Positions 10,314 to 19,683 are shown, counted from the stretch's first letter. The stretch is 64,000 nucleotides of DNA from a virus (IMGVR_UViG_3300042445_001485), one strand, 5' to 3'. Translations and numbers: made by a program. The notes: a model not told the origin generated them from the letters alone.

Positions 10314-11021
10314 TTAAATTTCCAATTGGTCTATATTTTTTCTTATGTGATCCCAAACACCTGTGGGATTACCATCTTCGAATGTAATAGTAGTGCCAAC
10401 CACATATCTGAAGCCGTCGCCCTGTATAACATGGTGAGCCAACTCTGTTCTTACCAGGGCACTGGGGCATGTAGTAACCGATGAAAATGCAGGTTTGGGT
10501 ATGTTATCCCAGGAGATCTTGCCTTGATGTAGATCTTCTACAAAATCAGCTATGCCTTTGACCCGAATAGGACCTGGGCGCAATGCCAAAGTAATTTTTA
10601 CATCATCTTCACTCCACCAACGAATTGCACCCGGACCGTCGCATAGTTCATAAAACGACATCCTTGCTTCTAATGTTGATACAGTATTGTTCAATCGATC
10701 TTGTTCGGTGAAGTATCCATCTTTGTGTACTGTCCATCCTGTTTGGTTTTTGTTACTTACAAAAGATGTCAAGTTGCGGCACACCAGGCCAATCGGGTTG
10801 AGAAATTTGTTACAGATTGCCAATGTTTTTTGCCACTGTGCTGGGTTTGCAGGCAATACCACATGTCCAACTTTTATATATCCATACTGTTCTCTTAGCT
10901 GGGCAACCGTGGTGTTAATTGCTAGTTCGCGTTCTTCAGGATCAATTCGAAACTGTAACGGTATAAAGTAATCTAAATTGCGTTTAGGCAACTGTGTAAA
11001 ATCATAATCTATGTTGAGCAT
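10314..11021 (-). CDS. Hypothetical cupin/2OG-oxygenase-like protein, tandem copy A
   Basis: VHKDG (HxD) ... LVRTELAHHV...R; paralog of 11041-11760. Confidence 0.55.
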   Translation of the reverse strand: MLNIDYDFTQLPKRNLDYFIPLQFRIDPEERELAINTTVAQLREQYGYIKVGHVVLPANPAQWQKTLAICNKFLNPIGLVCRNLTSFVSNKNQTGWTVHKDGYFTEQDRLNNTVSTLEARMSFYELCDGPGAIRWWSEDDVKITLALRPGPIRVKGIADFVEDLHQGKISWDNIPKPAFSSVTTCPSALVRTELAHHVIQGDGFRYVVGTTITFEDGNPTGVWDHIRKNIDQLEI

Positions 11022-11040
11022 TGAATATTTAGTGATAAGG

Positions 11041-11760
11041 CTAAACTGCCAATTGGTCTATATTTTTTATAATATGGTCCCATACCCCAATTGGATTACC
11101 ATCATCAAATGTAATAGTGAATCCAACAACATATCTAAAACCATCACCTTGTATAACATGATGTGCTAAATTTGTTCTTACTAATGCACTGGGACATGTG
11201 GTCACTGATGAAAATGCAGGTGCTGGTATTTCATTCCAGGAGATCTTGCCTTGCTGTAGATCTTCTACAAAATCGGCATTGCCTTTGACTCGTCTTGGGC
11301 CAATCATTAACCCAGAGTTCACTTCTAGATTAATTTTCACATCATCCTCACTCCACCAACGAATTGCACCCGGGGCTGTAGATAGTCCATAAAATGATAT
11401 CCTTGCCTCCAACGATGAAATTGTGTTGTTTAATCGATCATCATTGGTAAAGTATCCATCTTTGTGTACATTCCAGGCTGTTTGATTTTTGTTGCTGACA
11501 AAGACTGTCACATACCGACTTGCAAGTCCAATTGGATTAAGAAATTTGTTGCAAATTGCAAGGGTTTGGGTCCAGTCGGCCATATTGCCAGCTGACCCAT
11601 AATGACCAGTTTTCTTATGACCTTGGCTTGCTATTGCCCGAGGGACTGTGGTGTTGACTGCTGTGGCATACTCTGCGGGATCTGGCTGCAGATCCATTGG
11701 TATAAAGTAATCTAAATTGCGTTTAGGCAACTCTGTAAAATCATAATCTATGTTGAGCAT
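11041..11760 (-). CDS. Hypothetical cupin/2OG-oxygenase-like protein, tandem copy B
   Basis: Same motifs as copy A; near-identical 5' end. Confidence 0.55.
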   Translation of the reverse strand: MLNIDYDFTELPKRNLDYFIPMDLQPDPAEYATAVNTTVPRAIASQGHKKTGHYGSAGNMADWTQTLAICNKFLNPIGLASRYVTVFVSNKNQTAWNVHKDGYFTNDDRLNNTISSLEARISFYGLSTAPGAIRWWSEDDVKINLEVNSGLMIGPRRVKGNADFVEDLQQGKISWNEIPAPAFSSVTTCPSALVRTNLAHHVIQGDGFRYVVGFTITFDDGNPIGVWDHIIKNIDQLAV

Positions 11761-12401
11761 TGAATATTTAGTTGTTGTACAAAGTCTAAAAGTAATGCGT
11801 GATGTTGCCCATTATGATATCGGTCTCGCATCCATGAGTAACTGTCATACCAAAATTCTTCGCTTTCAGGATGGCAACCAATCAAACCGATATTGTTTTG
11901 TATGATGGCCATGCTGTCACCGTTGGCGTAGGTGGCAATGGTTTTAAATCGTCTATGATCTCCGGTCAAGGTACATCCATCATACCAAAACATATTGATA
12001 GGTTGTCCTTGCCAGGTGATGGGCATGTTCTTGGCATGTGGTCTACGAGTGTCTGAGCCTGGGCGTTTTAAATACTGCACAGCATCAACACCGTCTAAGA
12101 TATCAAGGTAATAACTACCGGCCCAGTATGCACCCATACATATACCCAAATATCTACCACCCTGTTTGACAAATTTTTTCACAGCCGACATGTTGTGTTT
12201 GAACCCAACATCAAAACTGGCTGCGTCTCCAAATCCCCCCGGAACTGCAACTATATCAACATCATCAAAGAAGTTATCTTCAATTTTGTTCTTGCTAAAG
12301 ATTTTGAAATTATAATGATTTTGTAAGGCTCGGATTATGCCATTACCCGACTGTACAGAGCATTTTGGATCATACAAAAATAACGCAATGGTGGGTTTCA
12401 T
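11748..12401 (-). CDS. BPL_N / class I glutamine amidotransferase-like protein
   Basis: VPGGFG, GGRYLGICMGAYWA nucleophile elbow, HPE motif. Confidence 0.8.
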   Translation of the reverse strand: MKPTIALFLYDPKCSVQSGNGIIRALQNHYNFKIFSKNKIEDNFFDDVDIVAVPGGFGDAASFDVGFKHNMSAVKKFVKQGGRYLGICMGAYWAGSYYLDILDGVDAVQYLKRPGSDTRRPHAKNMPITWQGQPINMFWYDGCTLTGDHRRFKTIATYANGDSMAIIQNNIGLIGCHPESEEFWYDSYSWMRDRYHNGQHHALLLDFVQQLNIQCST

Positions 12402-12431
12402 GTTTGAATATCAGTGTTTCTGTATTTAGTC

Positions 12432-12457
12432 ATAAAAAAACGGGCCTAAGCCCGTTT
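12432..12457 (-). terminator. Intrinsic terminator after dctP
   Basis: Stem AAACGGGC/GCCCGTTT with 4-nt loop, followed by a T7 run on the minus strand. Confidence 0.85.
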
Positions 12458-12472
12458 CTTCAATAAGCCATA

Positions 12473-13429
12473 TTAGGCTTGCTTACGGATAGCATCAACC
12501 AATCCTGGTGTGAACATGTCACGGAACTGATCATAAACTACAGCAGTTTGTGCTTTGGCCCAAGCCAATTCTTCTGTGCTCAAAGGTTGAATCTTTGCAC
12601 CTTCGGCAGTTAGCTTTTGCTTGGCAATTTCGCCATCACGGATTGTTTCTAAACGCTCTTCACGCCCGGCTTCAATTGCGGCCTGCTTGATAACAGCCTT
12701 GACCGCAGGGCTCAGACTTTCCCAGAAACGGTCACCAATGATCATAGTGGTCAAGAACAAACTGTGTTCTGTGTCTAACACAGTCTTGGTAACAGCATTT
12801 TGACCCAATGGGTAAATACGTGGATAATTAGTTTCTGCACCTTCACAGTTACCAGCTGTCATGTTGTCTACGATTTCTTCTAGTTCGCAAACAAATGGGT
12901 TCAATCCCAATGCACGGTAAGTTGCTTGTGCGACTGGGTTACGGTTGCTACGCTGTGTAGTTCCAGCCAACTCTGCCAGTGTACTGACTTCTTTGTTGGA
13001 AATCATTTGACGGAAACCACCCGAGTATGTGTAGCTCAAGCCACGAACATTGCTCTTTTCTTTCAATTTGGCCAACAAGCCTTCGCCAACTTCGCCTTCT
13101 AACACGCGAGTTGCGTGGTCATGACCTGCAAAGATGTATGGCAAATCAAATGCCAACATGTCTTGCTCATAGTGTTCAGCCAACCATGTGGTGTACATTT
13201 GGCTCATTTCAATCTTGCCTTGATCCATTAGATCTAACAAGTCGTGTTTTGTAACCAAGACGCCATCGTTATACTTGTGACTGTATTCAGTCAAAGTCAT
13301 GATTTCAACTTGAACTTTTTCGCTGTCATTGCTGATAGCGGCATTCAAGTGGTCTTGGAAGTCTTTGGCGGCACGAACAAATAGATTTAGTGGCTCGTGT
13401 GCGATTACCCAGCGGATTTTTGTAGTCAT
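12473..13429 (-). CDS. dctP: TRAP transporter solute-binding protein (DctP family), no signal peptide
   Basis: DLPYIF, GGFRQM, YRALG.NP and H.F...MII...FWESLSP motifs; SD GGAG precedes the ATG at 13429. Confidence 0.8.
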   Translation of the reverse strand: MTTKIRWVIAHEPLNLFVRAAKDFQDHLNAAISNDSEKVQVEIMTLTEYSHKYNDGVLVTKHDLLDLMDQGKIEMSQMYTTWLAEHYEQDMLAFDLPYIFAGHDHATRVLEGEVGEGLLAKLKEKSNVRGLSYTYSGGFRQMISNKEVSTLAELAGTTQRSNRNPVAQATYRALGLNPFVCELEEIVDNMTAGNCEGAETNYPRIYPLGQNAVTKTVLDTEHSLFLTTMIIGDRFWESLSPAVKAVIKQAAIEAGREERLETIRDGEIAKQKLTAEGAKIQPLSTEELAWAKAQTAVVYDQFRDMFTPGLVDAIRKQA

Positions 13430-13534
13430 ATATGGTTTCTCCATTTAAAATTTAGTAAGGGTTTGCAAGCGTTCTAGGCATTGTATGCTAGTAAAAGGGT
13501 CTCTACCCTAAGCGTTTCGACAGCGTCGTCGTCG

Positions 13535-13558
13535 TCAACATTGCGTTGGCGTTTGCAT
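13535..13558 (-). other. 7-aa upstream ORF MQTPTQC in the dctP leader
   Basis: ATG CAA ACG CCA ACG CAA TGT TGA, starting 5 nt after a TAAATA box (13569-13564). Confidence 0.4.
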
Positions 13559-13588
13559 AATAATATTTATCTTTTGTGAATAAAATTG

Positions 13589-13888
13589 TTATATACTGAT
13601 GCCAAAGCGCAACAATGTTGATTGTTCTCCTGTACCAATTATGCAGGCCATGGTATTGGTATATTCAATCAGAGTCCAGGTCTGAGTTTTGGGATTAACA
13701 AGCATGGTAAATTTGGTTTCGGCGCCCGAGCCGTTCCATTGCGGTTCTTCGCCGTAAGTCTTGGTTATTTGTTCTACAATCATACTAAATGTACCACAAA
13801 CAACTGGTTTGTTAAGTTGAACTATAGATTGGGCGTTTGCTACTGAGCCATACAAGCAGAATAGGAACGCCATTGCTAATCTTCGCAT
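13589..13888 (-). CDS. Hypothetical secreted protein
   Basis: Signal-peptide-like N-terminus, SD AAGGAG, two Cys. Confidence 0.7.
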   Translation of the reverse strand: MRRLAMAFLFCLYGSVANAQSIVQLNKPVVCGTFSMIVEQITKTYGEEPQWNGSGAETKFTMLVNPKTQTWTLIEYTNTMACIIGTGEQSTLLRFGISI

Positions 13889-13910
13889 ACTGGCTCCTTT
13901 ATTATACTTA

Positions 13911-16007
13911 TTAAAAACGCATCATTCCCCGTATAAACCAATTGTTAGTGGCTATATCGTCTTTTTGCTGTCTACTTGCATACACACCAATCGATTGATC
14001 TCGTGCTGGACTAAAAGCAACTCCTACTTCGGTATTTCTATATCCGTTGCTGGTACTAGATACATCACCCGATACGGTAAACTCATCAATTGCTTTTGCT
14101 ACACGCACACCTGCTTCGGCATAACCTGTGGAATTATTAACACCATCTATAGTTCTAGCACTTTGTATATCGCCTGACTCAGTATAACCGTTTCTGCGTG
14201 AAGTACCAAAAGTGTAGCCCACATAAGGGCGTACTTCTGCGGATTCTACGGGCAAGGTTGGTACATATAATCTGTTGCTAATCCAGGTGTCTGTGCCATT
14301 GGTTGTGTATGCATTGTTGAACAATCCACCAACACTACGATTTGTGGCTATATTGTTTCTAGCATGACCCAAATTGGTTGCCAATATATGCCCGTCATCA
14401 AATGTATAGATGCTGTATAAACCTGCCGCAACTTTGCCTTGTGTGGTTGTGCTGTCAGTGCCGGTCATTGTGGTATTGAATTGACTGTATTGAGCACCAA
14501 CACGCCAATTTGGTTCAACTTTAACATCGCCACCAATGTTGTACATGTTGCTGGCAGCACCATAGCCGTCGCCCGCGCCAGTTGTTTGTCTACCACCGCG
14601 AATAAAGAAACTCTTTTGACCATCTTCGCTTTTGTAAACATCCATACGGAACGGATCCATGTTTAAACTGCGATTAATACCTGTGTTAAGGACGGACAAC
14701 TTGGCCTGTTGGTCAATACGACCACTGAAACTGTCATTGACCACTGCGGTATCCACATTGTTTTCTACCGTGACTATACTGGTAGGAGCCGCATCAGTGA
14801 ATGTAGTGGTACCATCACTCCATGTAGATGTGGTACGAACCCGAGTTGTCACTGTACGATCATATGGTGTTGTGGTATTTGTAGTTGTTTCTCTACCAAC
14901 AGTCTGTACTGTGGCAGTTTCACCCGGAGTATGATGCGCCAGGCTGGCAATGATGACCGGAAATGAGGTATTAATAGTTCGTGTGTCGGACACTGCAATG
15001 GTTGATGTTGCTGTGCTTACCACTGTAGGAGAACTACTACCGCCAGTTGCCGCCGCATCAGTTGCTGAACCAACATCAGTTAAAGTGCCGCCACCTGGAA
15101 CAGAGCCTGCCGTGCCGCCACCTGCACCTCCGGTTATGGCATAGTTAGCCGCGCCAAAAGCGTTTGGTCCGAATATGTAAGCATACTGAAAGTTAACTAT
15201 GTCACCAGGTGCTACATTGTTTACTAGAAAGCCAAGCCCGATTGTAACATCACCGCGACCGTAGTCTACGGTAACACCACCTGATGTGTATGGACTGTAC
15301 CCGTTGTAGTATATCACCGGGTTAGTGGTCCAATTGTTGGCGTCACCACCAATACCTGCGCCCACATTTGCGGCCGCACTATACAGGCCCAGGGCATAAC
15401 GACTGGTTGTGGCTTCAGCGAAGGCCACATTTGTGCGTGGGATGGCACCGTAGCCCAACACATTGTCTGTGGCACTGGTATCACCGGTCATGGGCATGGC
15501 GTCTGGATCAATGAAACGACCAAAGTACAATCTGCCTATAGCAACACTAGCGGTAATGCCGGTGTTGATGTTGATGTAGCGTTGACCGCTGGGTAAACTA
15601 TAGTTATTTGTGATGGTGAAGTCGCTAGTAGAGGCACTCCATATGGCACCGGCGGCTGTGGGTGTTCCAACCCAGGCGCCGGTTGTGATACTTCTAGCAC
15701 CATTATTGTTGTTTGTGTATGTACTAACTAGTGTTCCGCTACTGTCTTCTAAACGAACAGTAAAGCCTTCAAAAGGTGAACCGGGTGTTAGGTAGTCACC
15801 TTGACATGTATCGCACGGAAATGTACCGGTACCAGTGTTGTCGTACTGTAGACCGGGACGAGTACTACCACCTGAGCCCAAGGTACCAGTAGATAGGTTT
15901 ACACCTGCACGAACATATTCGTTTTCAATTATGACATTTTGTGATATGGCTGTGGTGGCCACGAAGACAGAGAAGGCCGCGAGGGCCTTCGAAAAATAAT
16001 AGCGCAT
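13911..16007 (-). CDS. Autotransporter beta-barrel domain protein
   Basis: Signal peptide, Thr/Gly-rich passenger, amphipathic beta-strand C-terminus ending in Phe; SD AAGGA. Confidence 0.75.
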   Translation of the reverse strand: MRYYFSKALAAFSVFVATTAISQNVIIENEYVRAGVNLSTGTLGSGGSTRPGLQYDNTGTGTFPCDTCQGDYLTPGSPFEGFTVRLEDSSGTLVSTYTNNNNGARSITTGAWVGTPTAAGAIWSASTSDFTITNNYSLPSGQRYININTGITASVAIGRLYFGRFIDPDAMPMTGDTSATDNVLGYGAIPRTNVAFAEATTSRYALGLYSAAANVGAGIGGDANNWTTNPVIYYNGYSPYTSGGVTVDYGRGDVTIGLGFLVNNVAPGDIVNFQYAYIFGPNAFGAANYAITGGAGGGTAGSVPGGGTLTDVGSATDAAATGGSSSPTVVSTATSTIAVSDTRTINTSFPVIIASLAHHTPGETATVQTVGRETTTNTTTPYDRTVTTRVRTTSTWSDGTTTFTDAAPTSIVTVENNVDTAVVNDSFSGRIDQQAKLSVLNTGINRSLNMDPFRMDVYKSEDGQKSFFIRGGRQTTGAGDGYGAASNMYNIGGDVKVEPNWRVGAQYSQFNTTMTGTDSTTTQGKVAAGLYSIYTFDDGHILATNLGHARNNIATNRSVGGLFNNAYTTNGTDTWISNRLYVPTLPVESAEVRPYVGYTFGTSRRNGYTESGDIQSARTIDGVNNSTGYAEAGVRVAKAIDEFTVSGDVSSTSNGYRNTEVGVAFSPARDQSIGVYASRQQKDDIATNNWFIRGMMRF

Positions 16008-16085
16008 TTTTAGTTCCTTGTTATTTTTATTATTGCTAATAAATGCGTAAGTATTTACGCTAACAAAGTCTAGAGATTTATTATG

Positions 16086-16244
16086 CTATTTGGATTTTTT
16101 TGATTTAGTAGTTTTGCCACGCACCTGTTTTTTTATTTCCTCTAAGATCTTTTCGCTGACTGGACTTGATCGGTGCGGATGGGACACCGACCCTGTTGAT
16201 GTGTGGGGCGGGTATTTTGGGGGCTTGTGTTTAAACCAACTCAT
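16086..16244 (-). CDS. Small basic hypothetical protein (52 aa, MSWFKHKPP...)
   Basis: Read manually; below the ORF-track cutoff. Confidence 0.5.
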   Translation of the reverse strand: MSWFKHKPPKYPPHTSTGSVSHPHRSSPVSEKILEEIKKQVRGKTTKSKKSK

Positions 16245-16295
16245 ATTGTATATATATGTAGTTTAGTTTTCGAGAGAATAATCTAAATATATTAT

Positions 16296-16436
16296 ATGAG
16301 TAGCTTTTTTGAAGACCTAAACGACATAGTTGCAGAAACACCAGTGGGTAAAGTATTGGGTGTTACTCTGTTGATTCTTGTTTTTGCCGGAGTCGTTGCA
16401 CTTGGATTTGCCTACTGGTTTACCCACAGCCATTGA
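16296..16436 (+). CDS. Small membrane protein (46 aa, MSSFFEDL...)
   Basis: One TM segment; ATG 6 nt after a TAAATA box (16284-16289). Confidence 0.6.
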   Translation: MSSFFEDLNDIVAETPVGKVLGVTLLILVFAGVVALGFAYWFTHSH

Positions 16437-16437
16437 G

Positions 16438-17217
16438 TTATCTTCCTGAATATCGCTTGGGTTCAGCTTCTAGTTGTCGTTGACGATCTGTCTTGGGTAT
16501 GATGCCGGTACCCAATTGTGGATATTTTTCGATCCTATCTTGTATAACTATGGCAAAGATCAAGCCAACAGCAGCCGCAACAACTATACAGGCTATGCCC
16601 CAGGCAGCATTGGCCCACACAGCATCCATACGTTGTCGTTTACGAACTGCTCTAACATGATCATCTTGCATTTGCTTGGCCACAAGTAGTTTTTGTTGCT
16701 TGCCCATGACCTTCATCATCTGTTCCACTTCGGTGTGTAGGGCACCCAGTTCTTTTGGACTTTGATAAACCATTACTTCACGCAATTCCACACCCATTTG
16801 TTCCAGTTGCTTACGCATAAGCACACGTTGTAAAGCACGTTTGCCCAGGCTAGCGTCACCTTGGTATATTTCATGTTGGTGGTGTTTTTCTTCTTCTTCA
16901 AAGACAGCCATGCACTTGTAATAGTTGTCATAGTAGGTGCCCAGGTGCTCACCAAGTTCTTGATAGATGCTTACAGTCTCACCATCACGTTTGTTCAGTT
17001 CAATTACACGATTCTTTTCTTTTACAAACTGGTTGCGTTGTTCAACTGTGGCAGTTTTACCCTTGGCCTCAAATGCGCCATGGAACTGTGCATCGAGATC
17101 CTTGAGCACATCCTTGACATCTCCCGCGGCACCTTTGATGTCTTTGTAAAGTTTGCAGCCGGCTTTGACTGCAGAAACTGCACCATTGGCCAGTGCAAAC
17201 AGGGTTAAGGGATCCAT
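16438..17217 (-). CDS. Hypothetical coiled-coil membrane protein
   Basis: MDPLTLFALANGAVSAVK N-terminal helix; C-terminal TM segment. Confidence 0.7.
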   Translation of the reverse strand: MDPLTLFALANGAVSAVKAGCKLYKDIKGAAGDVKDVLKDLDAQFHGAFEAKGKTATVEQRNQFVKEKNRVIELNKRDGETVSIYQELGEHLGTYYDNYYKCMAVFEEEEKHHQHEIYQGDASLGKRALQRVLMRKQLEQMGVELREVMVYQSPKELGALHTEVEQMMKVMGKQQKLLVAKQMQDDHVRAVRKRQRMDAVWANAAWGIACIVVAAAVGLIFAIVIQDRIEKYPQLGTGIIPKTDRQRQLEAEPKRYSGR

Positions 17218-17492
17218 TACTTAACCTCCTTCTTCAAGCGATACTCAACACAGATCAAGGTTCTGTTGTTGACATCTCCTATCCAGGCTGTTCTAACACA
17301 TTCAGCTGTGCCAGAATTAAGCCGGACTTCTCGTTCTCGAGGGGGTAGCTCTCGTGCTACAGCAGATTTATCGTAGTGATGTCGATCTCCGCCGTACAGG
17401 GGAGATGATACAGTGTGTTGAGATCGTGACAATCCCAGCAACAACAAAGTCGCCAGGACAAATACCTTGAAGTACTGTAGTATTATTGACAT
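17217..17492 (-). CDS. Hypothetical secreted/membrane protein
   Basis: Hydrophobic N-terminus; overlaps the next gene start. Confidence 0.6.
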   Translation of the reverse strand: MSIILQYFKVFVLATLLLLGLSRSQHTVSSPLYGGDRHHYDKSAVARELPPREREVRLNSGTAECVRTAWIGDVNNRTLICVEYRLKKEVK

Positions 17493-17547
17493 GATCCGAT
17501 CCCACTTATCTCTATTTAAGTGGAAAACGGATAAAAATTATCTAGTG

Positions 17548-17853
17548 TTAGATACTTATTCTTTGTATAATTTCTTGGTAAAAAGTGTCTACTTCTCCGC
17601 CAAACTTACCAATTATGTGCGGAAAAAGATCGTTACAGATCTTGTAGTCTTTGATGTTATAAGCATCAACAAATGCTTGATGTAACTTGCAGTTGTGATC
17701 AAGTTGTGGTAATTCTGACAAGTTAATTCGATCCGCGGGAATAACACAATATGCATCTAAAGTTATGCCATCTTTCACAATGGTTTCTAACTCCAACACA
17801 GTATGTTGTTTTCGTAATTCTTCTGCTACCACACGACTAAAAATTATTTGCAT
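17548..17853 (-). CDS. Hypothetical protein
   Basis: 101-aa ORF coupled to the upstream gene. Confidence 0.65.
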   Translation of the reverse strand: MQIIFSRVVAEELRKQHTVLELETIVKDGITLDAYCVIPADRINLSELPQLDHNCKLHQAFVDAYNIKDYKICNDLFPHIIGKFGGEVDTFYQEIIQRISI

Positions 17854-18383
17854 TATTGTTTTTGTATCCCTAGTTTATTATATACCTGTTGTACCGCAGT
17901 GGCTTGGCTAACACAGTCTTCCAAGGCATTGTGTAGTCCTGCTTTGCCTTTGACTCTTGGATCTCCGTGTACTCCAAATAGTGTACGACTGTCACGGATT
18001 TGCCAGTATTGCCAAGGAGTAGGCCACCCCATCTGTCTATACAAGTTTTCCAATATAGCAAAATCGAACAAAGGACCTTGAGCCCAAATATTGTTGGCGC
18101 CTACTAGAAATCTATTTAAGTCTCGATACAGGGTATCTAAACTAACACGCTCGTTTTCGCCCAGGGCTTCTTCACGGATGTCATCGGCCTGGCTAATCCA
18201 CCAAGCAAGAGTGTCTTCTTGCACTTCGCGACCCAGTGCTGTTTGTTCATCTACATCCACACGAAAGTAAATACCTGGTCCCGGGTCACTTAATGTATAA
18301 GGGTCAAACTTAATTGCACCCAGAGTAAGTATGACGCAATCTGGGCGAGTTCCTAGTGTTTCTAAATCAAGCATGATGTCCAT
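17853..18383 (-). CDS. DEDDh 3'-5' exoribonuclease (Rv2179c-like)
   Basis: MLDLETLG, FDFAIL, RDSRTL and HNALEDC motifs. Confidence 0.85.
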   Translation of the reverse strand: MDIMLDLETLGTRPDCVILTLGAIKFDPYTLSDPGPGIYFRVDVDEQTALGREVQEDTLAWWISQADDIREEALGENERVSLDTLYRDLNRFLVGANNIWAQGPLFDFAILENLYRQMGWPTPWQYWQIRDSRTLFGVHGDPRVKGKAGLHNALEDCVSQATAVQQVYNKLGIQKQ

Positions 18384-18389
18384 ACTTGT

Positions 18390-18418
18390 ATTATATGCTA
18401 TTATTTACTTTGTGTCAA
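18390..18418 (-). promoter_or_regulatory. sigma70-type promoter of the exoribonuclease gene
   Basis: TTGACA, 17 nt, TATAAT, then ACAAGT-ATG (same 6 nt as the uvsE promoter). Confidence 0.9.
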
Positions 18419-18880
18419 GAGTTTTTGGCTTTCTGCGGCAACCACACGGCTACGCAGACCCGAACTGGAGAACGAATGATCTCTGCCGTTGAACACTAGT
18501 TCAATCCCGCGCATTCCACATTCCTCCATGCCAGAGAAATTTATATGTTGATATTCCACACCCAAGATGCGTACATCCACAGGCAAGATCAACAACAGGT
18601 CCCTAAGGTCCTGTTCAGTTTGATACACAACAACTTCGTCCACATAACGGCATGCGGCCAATTGTATTTGTCGTTCCACAATACTTTGTACAGGTTTGTT
18701 TTTGGTATCCGGGCGATCGATTGTGGGATCTGTTTGCAAGCCACAAATTAGATAATCGCAATGATTCTTGGCTTCACTCAACATGGCAATATGTCCGGCA
18801 TGGAGCATGTCGAATGTGCTGAATGTTATACCAATTTTTTTACCTGCGTCTTTGAGTTCTCTAATGTGATTGAATATCAT
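18401..18880 (-). CDS. Cytidylyltransferase (glycerol-3-phosphate cytidylyltransferase-like)
   Basis: FDMLHAGH (HxGH), ERQIQL, RDHSFSSS motifs. Confidence 0.85.
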   Translation of the reverse strand: MIFNHIRELKDAGKKIGITFSTFDMLHAGHIAMLSEAKNHCDYLICGLQTDPTIDRPDTKNKPVQSIVERQIQLAACRYVDEVVVYQTEQDLRDLLLILPVDVRILGVEYQHINFSGMEECGMRGIELVFNGRDHSFSSSGLRSRVVAAESQKLLTQSK

Positions 18881-19188
18881 GTTTCTATTTCAAGTTTGAC
18901 ACTCAGCGGGAATCCGTGACTGCGAGCCAGCAAGGTGACTTCGACACCTTTTTGTTCTGCAATCTCATAGGGTAGTACTGCTACCACCGCCGATCCTGCT
19001 TCGTGAATCTTTTCTGTGATTGCCACAGCGGCCGATTCATCATAGTAAAACATTATCTTTAATGTTTCCACAACAAATTCCATGGTGGTTACTTCATCAT
19101 TGATGTAGATCACTCTATATTGACTAGGTTCTTTGAGTTTAACCTTAGGAGCAATCTTTGGTTTATTTTTAGTTTCAGGTTCTGCCAT
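18877..19188 (-). CDS. clpS: ATP-dependent Clp protease adaptor ClpS
   Basis: YRVIYINDEVTTMEFVV, IHEAG.AVV, EIAEQK, FPL motifs. Confidence 0.9.
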   Translation of the reverse strand: MAEPETKNKPKIAPKVKLKEPSQYRVIYINDEVTTMEFVVETLKIMFYYDESAAVAITEKIHEAGSAVVAVLPYEIAEQKGVEVTLLARSHGFPLSVKLEIET

Positions 19189-19204
19189 AGTATAGTATTT
19201 AACA

Positions 19205-19228
19205 CAAGGGTGGATGAGTCCACCCTTG
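19205..19228. terminator. Perfect 10-bp hairpin downstream of hsp20
   Basis: CAAGGGTGGA-TGAG-TCCACCCTTG; only a weak U-tract. Confidence 0.6.
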
Positions 19229-19239
19229 CTTAGATTATA

Positions 19240-19683
19240 TTACTTTGTGAAAGTAATTGCAATCTTTTTGGGCTTGTCTTCTTCAGGCACTAGTTGTTCT
19301 AGTGCAATAGAAAGAATACCGTTTTTAACAGTGGCCCCACAAACTTCAATATGTTCTGCCAATGGAAATGTGCGAGCAAAATTGCGGGCACTAATACCTT
19401 TGTGTAGGTATTCAACTTCTGTTTCGTCTTTGGCTTTGTCGCCACGGACTGTCAAGATGTTGTCCTTTAGTTCTACATCAATTTCGCTGTCAGCAAAGCC
19501 AGCAACTGCCAACTCAATCACATAGTGTGTGTCGTCAATTTTGATTACATTATGTGGGGGATAGTTGCCATCGCTTTTGCTGTTGGCAAAAGTGCGATTT
19601 AACTGTGCAAACAATTGGTCAAAGCCAATGGCATGACGGTGTAGGCTAGGTAAATCGAGGGTGTGAAGTGTGAATTGTGTCAT
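19240..19683 (-). CDS. Small heat-shock protein (Hsp20/IbpA-like)
   Basis: IGFD, YPPHN, ELAVAGF, YLHKGISARNFARTF and NGILSI motifs. Confidence 0.92.
   Translation of the reverse strand: MTQFTLHTLDLPSLHRHAIGFDQLFAQLNRTFANSKSDGNYPPHNVIKIDDTHYVIELAVAGFADSEIDVELKDNILTVRGDKAKDETEVEYLHKGISARNFARTFPLAEHIEVCGATVKNGILSIALEQLVPEEDKPKKIAITFTK

Noticed and set aside
10314-11760. Diversity-generating retroelement (template/variable repeat)
   Set aside because: Differences are not adenine-restricted, both copies are full genes, and no reverse transcriptase is present in the window
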